Assembly: GCA_963977445.1 (NCBI GenBank)
Contig: CAXBPH010000167.1
Span: 1 to 15,219, forward strand
Length of the DNA: 15,219 nucleotides
From: an uncultured bacterium
GTDB lineage: Bacteria; Hydrogenedentota; Hydrogenedentia; Hydrogenedentales; JAEUWI01
Reading direction: 5' to 3'
The notes below the pieces were generated by a model. That model did not search any database and was not told the DNA's origin. It saw only the letters and a list, made by a program, of their open reading frames with translations. Positions within the stretch are counted from its first letter, which is position 1, and each line of letters opens with the position of its first letter. The translations under genes and the position numbers were made by a program. Below are positions 15,208-15,219 of this stretch, piece by piece.

Positions 15208-15219
15208 TATAAAATACGC

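Noticed and set aside
1..15219. CRISPR array, tRNA, rRNA, transposase or integrase
   Set aside because: No regularly spaced repeats, cloverleaf or recombinase motifs were seen.

Overview
Bacterial (diderm, GC-rich) metal/thiol-stress region with three modules. (1) A minus-strand RiPP-like cluster: a Tat-signal, 9-Cys precursor (2155-2613), a DUF692/MNIO enzyme (1127-2059) and a DUF2063-type partner (184-1119), resembling bufferin systems but with no DoxX or sigma/anti-sigma gene in the window. (2) A minus-strand operon: ArsS-family radical SAM, VTT(DedA)-DUF547 fusion, MerA-like flavoprotein lacking the C-terminal CC, and a small membrane-anchored protein, followed by a decayed HD-GYP fragment and a TlpA-like thioredoxin. 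(3) A plus-strand mer operon (MerR operator/promoter, merR, MerT-HMA-HMA fusion, NmerA-less merA) followed by a 55-aa secreted Cys-rich ORF absent from the ORF track, converging on an OprO/OprP-family porin. The main non-coding signal is a bipartite ECF-type promoter motif, TGTAAGA-N15/16-CGACT(C/A)AT, found twice upstream of the precursor and once upstream of arsS. A 10-mer is also shared between the two leaders, suggesting modules 1 and 2 form one regulon. A ~178-nt 6S-RNA-like rod hairpin lies at 3620-3797. All family calls come from motif recognition by eye, not database searches. Several starts were moved from the ORF track using RBS spacing.
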